Part shown: positions 49,801 through 57,904 of the stretch, in pieces
How the letters are laid out: each line of letters starts with the position of its first letter
How positions within the stretch are numbered: position 1 is the first letter of the stretch
Source: an uncultured Bacteroidia bacterium
GTDB lineage: Bacteria; Bacteroidota; Bacteroidia; Bacteroidales; ML635J-15
Reading direction: 5' to 3'
NCBI GenBank assembly: GCA_902791865.1
Contig: CADAXK010000013.1
Span: 9,812-73,811, forward strand
DNA: 64,000 nt
The notes under the pieces: model-generated
Seen by the model: the letters and a program-made list of their open reading frames with translations, nothing else
The model's database searches: none
Told to the model about the DNA's origin: nothing
Program-made: the position numbers and the translations under genes

Positions 49801-51289
49801 CATCGACAGTTCTGCATACAACTGCTATCCTGTAAGCCCCACAATACATTCAATAGTGGTTGTAGAACCAGAAAACATCTATCTAAATTACAACTGGGAC
49901 ATGGGCAACGGAGATGCTGTACACGTGGCAAATCCGCAGTACCTATATACCGCTCCTGGTAACTATACAATTGGACTTGAAGTTACAACACGCGGAGGTT
50001 GCAACGCATCAACCTCGCACAATGTGACGATTACCGGTCCCCAAGCAAACATTTCGTTGAGCGACACATTGGTTTGTGCTGGTGGCGAAGTGCATTTCTC
50101 TATGACAGATGCCGTTGATGTTGAAAGCTTTATGTGGGTTGTAGGCGGTGGATACAACTATTACACACCCGAAGTCACCCATCAGTACGGCTACGTTCCC
50201 GAATCGGGATATTTCCCCGTAACTCTTTCCATACGAAACGGCAACTGCATGATTGACTTGACCGAACAAGTTTATGTATATAGGATTAATAACGACTTTA
50301 GCCTTCGGGATTTTAAGGGCAACGAAATACTTGAAGGCTCCTGTTCTCCATTGGAAGGAAATCTGTCGTATTTGGGAACTGATGGCGTGGAACAGCGCTG
50401 GTATGTGAATGGAGTGGAACTGACAGAAAATTCGGTATCGTGGACAAATTCTTCTACGCTGATGGATTCGCTGAATGTGGTTTCCCTTGCAATTACCGAT
50501 TCACTTGGCTGCATCGACAGTATTTCGCATGAATACTTGGTCTACAGGAATCCAGAGGCACATACCACTGGCGACACCTTGATATGCAAAGGAGGTCAGA
50601 CACACATTTCTGCATTTGGCGGAAACTCCTACTACTGGCTTTCTCCTATAGACGACAGCACACAAAATCAAAATATTTCTCCAAACGAGGCAACCATCTA
50701 CTATGTTTTTGCGTTTAGTGAGAAAGGATGTTCAAAATTGGATTCGGTCATGGTTGATGTGTTTCAAGATTTTGATGCAGGAGTTTATGAGCAGTCGCTG
50801 TCCATAAATATCGGTGATACTGCCTTTGCGCTGGTATTTTCCGACATGGAACCGCTCAACTGCTACATTTCGCCAGCAGAATACGCTTTTGCAGGAAATT
50901 GCGACACGTTGTTGCTTTATCCGCTTGAAAATACCGATTTCACAATCATCCTGAAAGATACGCTCGGATGCTACGAAAAGACTATCGACATTTATGTCGA
51001 TGTTGACATTAAGTACACACTCGATGTGCCTGGTGCGTTCACACCATTGAGCGAGGACGAAAACAGCGTAGTATATGTGCGAGGCCTTGGCATAAAGGAG
51101 TTGCGCCAGTTCCGCATTTTCAACCGCTGGGGCGAAGAGGTTTTCTTCACCGACGACCTGCATACTGGCTGGGACGGAACAATCGGCGGAAAGGTGCAAA
51201 ATCAGGACACATATTCGTATTATGTCGAGGCAGAAATGTTTGATGGAAGTGTTAAGACAAAAAAGGGGAATGTGGTGTTGATTAAATAA
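46814..51289 (+). CDS. PKD-repeat surface protein with a T9SS type-B C-terminal domain, paralog 2
   Basis: Collinear with paralog 1 and carrying the same tail. The start could be 46850. Confidence 0.9.
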   Translation: MREYIYKILKYIMLALIAILLQMVTKAQLSVSITGRFEGCAPQILSFGCNVNGATGEVSYSWTSGNGDVSVLAEPTFSYLTPGRYTISVTASSGGQTATDSHEIVIFNGPTASFNDSTIVGCVSRGYLFQSSSTAGDAEITNWLWYFGDGVSAQGRYRAHTYTSPGVYTVSLEVTDANGCRDEYHSQMLTLSKRPEVSITANNAQWCVAPHEVNFSSEISTDVGLGGPYTATWDFGDGTESNEDNPSHTYENTGSYNVTLIVVDSYGCTSVVQENNMVVIGTLTPTCTVPTEMCLNTQSTFRSNIDDELACYWDFGDGTALQWGAEASHTYSQVGNYSVSFTADPNGPCRQTQVFNVNVVDVHASFRTEPEDLFSCTYPFNVRFISTSTGENLTYTYNFDDNYIGFDEISNHSYSQNGRFTPTLTVTSPGGCISRYTGPEIVVNQPDAELHSTTAGGCIPTTVGFYNDPEYTSNSAVVDFFWDFGDGTSAHTTTSTVEHVYSEFGTYYPTLTITDTSGCTATSQLHERPLASIVTGTQVSPEQFGVTDASFNFIPGDTICPSDTAYLYNSMYGNSTEYNYFFVISAGSMSWDVNSDDEYTSYLFKVDTGWNNVGFTIEYRNCKSPVEPWDSVYVNPPIVHLASHSDCAAPFAYSFNLTENLGAEYWDWLIWNSENNYIYMNLIHSTEDSISVVFPGYGNYHCKLTAHKEGSDCEFVREVVCDIKPPTFNWEISTDTLCLGNRLTAVVLNAPAFAEVAFDWEGRGIPTDQLEWIQINGITDSRHTYEQGGNYEVVAYARQHDGCISVFTKQLYVVDPHSTISPTNLVVGCNPATFEFHNITNTDDPIYSATWNFGDGSGSASGETVTHTFAEAGIYDISLSIITWHGCQYSATFNERVKVLNFPYASVDYTREVCLGTVQTFVSSESDNSIWHEWDFGDGSTISGTGSTVTHLYGQSGNYTLRHIVSVRGENGAVCSDTVSYGRDLFIENIVSADFTIDSSAYNCYPVSPTIHSIVVVEPENIYLNYNWDMGNGDAVHVANPQYLYTAPGNYTIGLEVTTRGGCNASTSHNVTITGPQANISLSDTLVCAGGEVHFSMTDAVDVESFMWVVGGGYNYYTPEVTHQYGYVPESGYFPVTLSIRNGNCMIDLTEQVYVYRINNDFSLRDFKGNEILEGSCSPLEGNLSYLGTDGVEQRWYVNGVELTENSVSWTNSSTLMDSLNVVSLAITDSLGCIDSISHEYLVYRNPEAHTTGDTLICKGGQTHISAFGGNSYYWLSPIDDSTQNQNISPNEATIYYVFAFSEKGCSKLDSVMVDVFQDFDAGVYEQSLSINIGDTAFALVFSDMEPLNCYISPAEYAFAGNCDTLLLYPLENTDFTIILKDTLGCYEKTIDIYVDVDIKYTLDVPGAFTPLSEDENSVVYVRGLGIKELRQFRIFNRWGEEVFFTDDLHTGWDGTIGGKVQNQDTYSYYVEAEMFDGSVKTKKGNVVLIK

Positions 51290-51295
51290 TTGTAG

Positions 51296-51315
51296 AGACG
51301 TTGCGTGCAACGTCT
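51296..51315. repeat. REP-like hairpin variant (AGACGTTGCgtGCAACGTCT, preceded by TTGTAG)
   Basis: 9-bp arms. Lies immediately 3' of paralog 2. Confidence 0.6.
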
Positions 51316-51488
51316 GGCAGAAATGTTGCAAACAACGACAAAAATTGTAGAAATGTTGAAATAAAAGTAGAAACGAAAGAATAGGAAAATGTATGTTAAC
51401 AAAACGATTTGTAATGTTTATGATGTTTTTTTTCTACATAAAATTTATTGATTATCGTTTGTAACGAATTAACCTAAAAATTTGTAAT

Positions 51489-52721
51489 ATGAAAGCGAAT
51501 ATTAAATTATCAGTAATCCTTCTCGGAATCGCGTTTGCCTTTTCGTTCTCATCGTGCGAACGCATTAAATTTGAACCTGAAGAAAGCCCAGTAGGTAGCT
51601 CAAGAAACATCCTGCAGGAATACGAAACCGATGGTGGCGATTTTGTGTTTTTGAAATCGTTGTTAGGTAGACCAAATCAGGAAGCAATTGATTTTGTCAC
51701 TCAGCACGGCTATGTTGAAGACGAAGGACAATCTAATTCCAGTAGAAAAGTGTATTATGATGCCGAAACTGACACCATATCAAAACGTTTGACATTGTAC
51801 TTTGAACGTGATTATTACCAATATATGCAAAATGCAGCCATGAGGGTGGAAAGTGATGAGATAGATAAGTTAATGTCTGTTTTTAGAACGTGGCTTGTTG
51901 AGATACAACATTCCGAAGCATATCATCACATAGTCAGGGCAAGTTATTCTGCGCGTATTGATAATAGTTATCAACATTTTGATTCTATGGAACAACTTGT
52001 TGATGCGTTGAATAATGTGTCGCCCGAGTCGGAAGGATACGTTTCATTTGCAGCATACGATGATATGGCATACAATTATGATTTGTCTTTATGGCTGGAT
52101 GATAATAGACCCGTCATATTTATGCAGATTATGAACGAGCGTATAAACAATCCGCTTCCCGAAGTGCCAACCGTAAATCTTACCGAGGAGTATTTGGAGA
52201 AGGACATACTAATTGCCAAAGTTGACTATATGACTTTTGAATACGGTGGATTCTACTCGATGAATGTTACAAACAAGCAGAACGAAGGAAACGAGATTCC
52301 TTTCCTTGCTGACTATATGTCTCCTGGTGATTTTGGCTACATAAAATTATACTATCGCGACCAATCGAATTTATTAATGGACGGTTCAATAATTTGGGCT
52401 GGCTGTGGTGAATTGAATTTTCCTGAAACTTTTGTCAAGGGTAATTCGTCGAACACATATGTTCCTGAATATACAATGAAACGCGGTCTGTCATTCCCGA
52501 GCGACAGAATTTCGTACATAGATGCCGATGGAAATTATGCACAGGATGTTGACGAATCGGATAATGATTTGGGCTATATATGGCAGACACTTTCGGCACA
52601 AGATGAGTTTATGTCGTATTATGAGCAGACATCGAAAAAGGTCGCTGTATATCTGTATACACCAAGCGTAGGTGTGGGCAACCCATACGATGCTTATTAT
52701 ATGGTATTTGTGGAGAGGTAA
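51489..52721 (+). CDS. Lipoprotein of unknown function (family L, copy 1)
   Basis: Lipobox FSSC. Homologous to 57905..59107. No family recognised. Confidence 0.7.
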   Translation: MKANIKLSVILLGIAFAFSFSSCERIKFEPEESPVGSSRNILQEYETDGGDFVFLKSLLGRPNQEAIDFVTQHGYVEDEGQSNSSRKVYYDAETDTISKRLTLYFERDYYQYMQNAAMRVESDEIDKLMSVFRTWLVEIQHSEAYHHIVRASYSARIDNSYQHFDSMEQLVDALNNVSPESEGYVSFAAYDDMAYNYDLSLWLDDNRPVIFMQIMNERINNPLPEVPTVNLTEEYLEKDILIAKVDYMTFEYGGFYSMNVTNKQNEGNEIPFLADYMSPGDFGYIKLYYRDQSNLLMDGSIIWAGCGELNFPETFVKGNSSNTYVPEYTMKRGLSFPSDRISYIDADGNYAQDVDESDNDLGYIWQTLSAQDEFMSYYEQTSKKVAVYLYTPSVGVGNPYDAYYMVFVER

Positions 52722-52731
52722 AAATTATAAT

Positions 52732-52824
52732 ATGAAAGTGAACATTAAATTATCAGTAATCCTTCTCGGAATCGCGTTTGCCTTTTCATTGTTATTGATT
52801 TATAATTATATGTGTATGGGATAA
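52732..52824 (+). pseudogene. Truncated duplicate of the 5' end of the family-L lipoprotein gene (signal peptide only)
   Basis: 52744..52787 is an exact 44-nt copy of 51501..51544. The frame diverges after codon 19 and stops after 30 codons. Confidence 0.6.
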
Positions 52825-52859
52825 TTCATTTCCTCGCAAACAAACCTATATCTCAAATT

Positions 52860-53414
52860 ATGCCTGTCGAAAAATTCCAAAACAAATATCGCATTGGGAC
52901 AAAACGCGCATCGTGGCACGATTACAACGATGGCGAATATTTCATTACGATATGTACAAAGGACAGAAAACATTATTTCGGGGAAATCGTTGACGGGGAA
53001 ATGCAATTGTCAGCGGTGGGGAAATACACGGATGAATGTGTACAAAAAATTTCGGAACACAACCCATACGCGCAAATTCCCGAATATGTTATTATGCCCG
53101 ACCATATTCATTTGATTGTAATAATTTCCGGTGACGATTGTAGTAGGATCGCACCATGGTGCGATTCTACAGAAAACAAAACCATGCAAAAAATGGCCAA
53201 CGACAAGGGTCGTTTATCAATTGCAATGGGCGGTTTCAAACAATCCGTCACACGATTTGCCCGTCAAAACAACATTCCATTCCAATGGCAATCCCGTTTC
53301 TACGACCACATCATCCGCGACCAAAACGAAATGAACCAGATTGCAGAATACATCGAAAACAATGTTGCGCAATGGGAATCCGACAATTCTAATCAAAGAA
53401 CCATAATTATTTGA
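52860..53414 (+). CDS. RAYT-like Y1/HUH transposase-family protein (IS200-like fold, single gene, no IS ends seen)
   Basis: KFQNKYRIGTKRASWHDY..YFITICT, the HUH motif MPDHIHLIV, WQSRFYDHIIR, and a candidate catalytic Tyr in IAEYIENN. The start is moved to MPVEKF. Confidence 0.75.
   Translation: MPVEKFQNKYRIGTKRASWHDYNDGEYFITICTKDRKHYFGEIVDGEMQLSAVGKYTDECVQKISEHNPYAQIPEYVIMPDHIHLIVIISGDDCSRIAPWCDSTENKTMQKMANDKGRLSIAMGGFKQSVTRFARQNNIPFQWQSRFYDHIIRDQNEMNQIAEYIENNVAQWESDNSNQRTIII
53143..53170. repeat. REP-like palindrome embedded in the RAYT-like coding sequence (GTAGGATCGCACCATGGTGCGATTCTAC)
   Basis: Encodes SRIAPWCDST between the HUH and Tyr motifs. Arm pairing is kept by paired substitutions relative to the intergenic copies. 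Confidence 0.8.
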
Positions 53415-53432
53415 CGCAAAAGAATTAAAATT

Positions 53433-56400
53433 ATGTTTCGGAAAGTCTGCATATTGACAATATTGTTACTGCTTTCGGCATTCGCCGCAAAGGCGCAGCT
53501 TTCCGTAACCATTATAGGCGATTCGTTCAGCGGATGCTCGCCACAAAACCTTACTTTCGGGTGCAATGTCACGGGAGCAGGTCCCAATGTTGCCTACTCG
53601 TGGTCGTCGGGCAACGGCGATGTTTCGCAACTTGCAACACCAACATTCTCCTACCTCGAAGGCGGAACATATACCATATCGGTAACCATCACCAGCAGCG
53701 GACACACTGCCACCGCCAGTCGCGAAGTCGTGATTTTCCAATCGCCTGAGGCGCGCTTCAACGAAACACCAGTCTCTGGCTGTACACCCTTCGACTATTC
53801 GCTCAGCGACATGTCAATTCAGGGCGACGCACCAATTACAAGCTGGCTGTGGTATTGGGGCGACGGGCAGACATCAACGGGACAAAATGTTTCGCACACA
53901 TACCTTAATTCCGGACTTTTGACGGTTTCGCTACGCGTTACCGATGGTAACGGCTGCATAGGCGAGCATTATGCGCAGTCTGTAAATGTATCGTCGCCTC
54001 CATCTCTGTCGGTTACCGCAGAAATAGACCAGTGGTGTGAACCACCTTTGCAGGTGCCTTTCAGAACAGATGTCACAACTGCTCCAAATGTTTCGACAGC
54101 ATATACTCTCACATGGGATTTTGGCGATGGACAGACCGGCACTGGCGACAACCTGACACATACTTACAATTCTCACGGCCATTTCGACGTTAGCGTGACT
54201 GCAACCGACAGCTACGGCTGCTACACAACGCAGGTTTATCCCGACATGATTTCAATCGCAGCATTAGTGCCACGTTTCGATGCACCTTCGCTTGCGTGCA
54301 GAAAGGTTTCCACAGCATTCCGTAGCCTTATGTCGCGGTCAACTAACTGCTCATGGAATTTTGGTGACGGCACTCCTGTTTCATACGACTACATTGCATA
54401 TCATGCTTATATGAGCGAAGGCACTTACATAGGAACTTTTACTGCCGACCCGGGTGGTCCCTGCGAACGGTCGGAAACATTTACGGTAACTGTGCAATAT
54501 GTAGAGGCTTCGTTTGTGGTTGACGAGACATTCTCGTGCGACTATCCATTCACGGCACATTTTACAAACACTTCAGCAGGCGATGACATTTCGTACCGGT
54601 ACGATTTTGGAAATGGAGTTCTAAGTTCTGACGAAAATCCAGATGTAACATACCATCGAAATGGCGTTTACGAAACATCTATGACTGCCTATACTAGCGC
54701 TGGATGTTTCGACGAATTCGATGGGCCGACTATAATCGTAAATCATCCTGAAGCTTATCTGGAATCAAATTCGTGTGGCGACTGCATTCCGAAAAACATT
54801 CAGTTTGATCATCATGTTGTATATACAGAAAATAGCGAAATCGTTGACTACTTCTGGGACTTTGGCGACGGAACAACACTTCATACCACCTACAGACCAG
54901 TAAACCATACTTATACCGTACCTGGAGCCTACATTCCCACTCTTACGATAACCGACCGCAACGGCTGCACCGACACTCGCAGATTGCACGAATTTGACTC
55001 TAACAGATGCGACACTATAGAAGTAGGCATACAGATTCCTCCAGAGGATTTCTGGCCGACCGACACAAACCACATCCGTATAAACGGAGATACAGTATGC
55101 CCACAGGATTTATATCTTTTATACAACTCAATGTATGAAAGTTCCGACAGCATCGACTTCACAATTCTGGTAGATGGAGCACACGGACCAGCCAACAACA
55201 TGTATAACGGATTTATGTTTGATGTTCATACAGGCTGGAACAATGTCGGCATAATGACAGAATATCTGAATTGTGAATCTGATTCTTACTATCAGGACAG
55301 AGTTTTTGTTTTGCCTCCAATTTTGCATATCTCCTATCAAACCCCGCCATGTACAACCCCATTCGACTACACATTCTATATTTTCGACAATCAAGGAGCA
55401 CAATACTGGGACTGGTCCATTACCGGCGGAGCATACAGCAGTGGCGATGCCCAAGTGTACTACGAACCGCATTCCACAGCATCAACCATTCATGTCACTC
55501 TCCCTGGATATGGCATGTACGAATGCAATATAATTGGATATAATGATAATTCAGGATGTACATTTACAGATCATTTTATTTTTGAAATACCTATGAGGGA
55601 TTTTATCTGGCACATGGATCCCGATACTGTCTGCATGGGGAAACACTCATCGGTTGAAGTCGACCGTGGCGGAGACGAATGGATTGCCTACAACTGGGGA
55701 ATTAACGATGTGCCCGTAGAAGACCTCGAATGGTTTGAATTTTCATCTAACATATCGCACCCGCATAGGTTCGATGAACCAGGCGACTACACAGTAACCG
55801 TATATCTAAAAGGAGACGACGATTGCATATCTATTTATACCAAACCGATATATGTTGTCGACCCATCTTCGACCATAATGCCTCCATCACAGAATGTGTG
55901 CGCACCAACTACGGTTGAATTCGAATGCGTACTTACAAATACCGACGACCCGATTAGAGATGTGCAGTGGAATTTTGGCAACAACGAAACCGCTTATGGT
56001 AATCCAATTACACGCGAATACAATGATACTGGCTACTATTCGATACATTACATGGTAACCACAAGACATGGCTGCACCGACCAACAATCGTTTGATGACT
56101 ATTTGCACGCAATATCAAACCCGGAACTTTCGGTTGAATTTGACGACAGCATCTGCAATACCGACTTGGTTATATTTACATCGAATGTTGAAAATCCAGA
56201 TTTTAGCTACACATGGGACTTCGGCGACGGCGAGATATGGGACAACAGCGGACCAGTGGTTACTCATCGCTATTCGGCTCCTGGCAGGTATTCTGTTTCG
56301 CTTAATATAAGTGGTGGTGTCGGCTGTACCGATGCAGTTGATTACCAGAATGGCGTATATGTAGAAAGTCTTAACACAAGCCTTTCGCCAGAATACCAAA

Positions 56401-57881
56401 ATTTCAATTGCTACCCTGCAGAACCAGTTTTTGCCGTTTCGGCAACAGCTTTGCCCGATGGCACAGAGCCGTCGTTCCACTGGACCATGGGAAACGGCGA
56501 CAACCTGTATGTCGAAAATCCCGAATACCTTTACAATGTTCCAGGTTACTACACAGTTTCATTTGAAGTAACAACTCCTGCAGGTTGTCGCGTGGTGAAA
56601 AATGCAAATGTAGCAATAAGCGGACCTATAGCCGAAATATACATCAGCGATACTGCCATCTGTGCTGGCGATGATGTAACTTTCAGAATGCTGAACGCAC
56701 AGAATGTGCAGTCGTACCAATGGGTTGTTGGTGGCGGATACAACTACACCACGCCAACGGTTACGCATACTTACGACTATGTTCCGCAGTCGGGATATTT
56801 CCCTGTGGTTCTTAGCCTTACGAGTGGCGAATGTTCGGTTGACATAACCGAAATGATATATGTTTACGAGGTCGATGCTCGTTTCGGTCTGTTTGCCGAC
56901 AGCGTAGAAATAACATCTGGCTTGTGCGCACCGCTGTCTGCCACATTGATAAACCAGTCATCCGAAGATGCTCAGCTGAGATGGTACAAGAATGGTTGTA
57001 TGCTTAGCGAAACTAATGAGGAAGTCCCTGTTTACTGGACAAATACATCATACAACGATTCGACATTTATTGTTTCGCTTGCCGTAGCCAACGAGCACAA
57101 CTGCTACGACAGCGTATCGCACGAATATGAGCTTTTCCCAAGCCCACATCCACTGACAAGCAACGACACCATATTATGCTTGGGAGACGAAACCGACATT
57201 ATGGTTGCAGGCGGAATTTCGTACTACTGGGATGCGCCTATCAACAACAGCAATCCGCGCCAAAGGGTTTCTCCAACCGAAAATACGACATATTATGTCG
57301 ATGTATATACAGAACATTTATGTTCGGCAACCGATTCGGTTCATATCGATGTGATTGCGCCAGTTGAAGCGGAAATTGATCCAGATTACGCATCCATAAA
57401 CATCGGTGACACCATTGTTGCAGTAATTCTTTCCGAAACCGACCTAAACTGCCGTTGGGTACCACTTGACAGTGTGATTTCAATCGGTTGCGACACCTTG
57501 TTATTCTTCCCCAATAGAAGCACCGACTATTCTGTTTGGCTCAGCGATTCGCTTGGTTGCTACGAAAACAGGTTCGACATACATATAGATGTTGAAATGA
57601 AGTTTTCGCTCGATGTGCCAGGCGCTTTCACTCCGCTCAGCGAAGGTGACGGCAACAACATTGTATATGTGCGTGGACTTGGCATCAAGCGGCTTCTGCA
57701 GTTCCGCATTTTCAACCGCTGGGGCGAGGAAGTTTTCTTCTCCGACGACCTTAACAAAGGCTGGGATGGCAGACTAAAAGGCAAGGTGCAAAACATTGAC
57801 ACATATTCCTACTATGTAGAAGCCGAAATGTACGATGGTAGCATTAGGACAAAGAAGGGTAATCTGATGCTGATAAAATGA
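53433..57881 (+). CDS. PKD-repeat surface protein with a T9SS type-B C-terminal domain, paralog 3
   Basis: Collinear with paralogs 1 and 2 and carrying the same tail (…FRIFNRWGEEVFFSDDLNKGWDG…LMLIK). Confidence 0.9.
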   Translation: MFRKVCILTILLLLSAFAAKAQLSVTIIGDSFSGCSPQNLTFGCNVTGAGPNVAYSWSSGNGDVSQLATPTFSYLEGGTYTISVTITSSGHTATASREVVIFQSPEARFNETPVSGCTPFDYSLSDMSIQGDAPITSWLWYWGDGQTSTGQNVSHTYLNSGLLTVSLRVTDGNGCIGEHYAQSVNVSSPPSLSVTAEIDQWCEPPLQVPFRTDVTTAPNVSTAYTLTWDFGDGQTGTGDNLTHTYNSHGHFDVSVTATDSYGCYTTQVYPDMISIAALVPRFDAPSLACRKVSTAFRSLMSRSTNCSWNFGDGTPVSYDYIAYHAYMSEGTYIGTFTADPGGPCERSETFTVTVQYVEASFVVDETFSCDYPFTAHFTNTSAGDDISYRYDFGNGVLSSDENPDVTYHRNGVYETSMTAYTSAGCFDEFDGPTIIVNHPEAYLESNSCGDCIPKNIQFDHHVVYTENSEIVDYFWDFGDGTTLHTTYRPVNHTYTVPGAYIPTLTITDRNGCTDTRRLHEFDSNRCDTIEVGIQIPPEDFWPTDTNHIRINGDTVCPQDLYLLYNSMYESSDSIDFTILVDGAHGPANNMYNGFMFDVHTGWNNVGIMTEYLNCESDSYYQDRVFVLPPILHISYQTPPCTTPFDYTFYIFDNQGAQYWDWSITGGAYSSGDAQVYYEPHSTASTIHVTLPGYGMYECNIIGYNDNSGCTFTDHFIFEIPMRDFIWHMDPDTVCMGKHSSVEVDRGGDEWIAYNWGINDVPVEDLEWFEFSSNISHPHRFDEPGDYTVTVYLKGDDDCISIYTKPIYVVDPSSTIMPPSQNVCAPTTVEFECVLTNTDDPIRDVQWNFGNNETAYGNPITREYNDTGYYSIHYMVTTRHGCTDQQSFDDYLHAISNPELSVEFDDSICNTDLVIFTSNVENPDFSYTWDFGDGEIWDNSGPVVTHRYSAPGRYSVSLNISGGVGCTDAVDYQNGVYVESLNTSLSPEYQNFNCYPAEPVFAVSATALPDGTEPSFHWTMGNGDNLYVENPEYLYNVPGYYTVSFEVTTPAGCRVVKNANVAISGPIAEIYISDTAICAGDDVTFRMLNAQNVQSYQWVVGGGYNYTTPTVTHTYDYVPQSGYFPVVLSLTSGECSVDITEMIYVYEVDARFGLFADSVEITSGLCAPLSATLINQSSEDAQLRWYKNGCMLSETNEEVPVYWTNTSYNDSTFIVSLAVANEHNCYDSVSHEYELFPSPHPLTSNDTILCLGDETDIMVAGGISYYWDAPINNSNPRQRVSPTENTTYYVDVYTEHLCSATDSVHIDVIAPVEAEIDPDYASINIGDTIVAVILSETDLNCRWVPLDSVISIGCDTLLFFPNRSTDYSVWLSDSLGCYENRFDIHIDVEMKFSLDVPGAFTPLSEGDGNNIVYVRGLGIKRLLQFRIFNRWGEEVFFSDDLNKGWDGRLKGKVQNIDTYSYYVEAEMYDGSIRTKKGNLMLIK

Positions 57882-57904
57882 TTATTTTTGCCAAAATTAG
57901 AAAT

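Noticed and set aside
52860-53414. A complete IS200/IS605-type insertion sequence around the RAYT-like gene.
   Set aside because: There is no tnpB partner and there are no subterminal hairpins at either flank. The gene sits 19 nt from the next gene's ATG, which looks more like a domesticated single gene than an intact IS.
42213-57881. The PKD paralogs as polymorphic toxins with lipoprotein immunity, or as targets of a diversity-generating retroelement.
   Set aside because: The C-termini are the conserved secretion tails, not variable toxin domains. There is no reverse transcriptase and no template repeat in the window. Divergence is spread along the bodies rather than focused in a short variable region.
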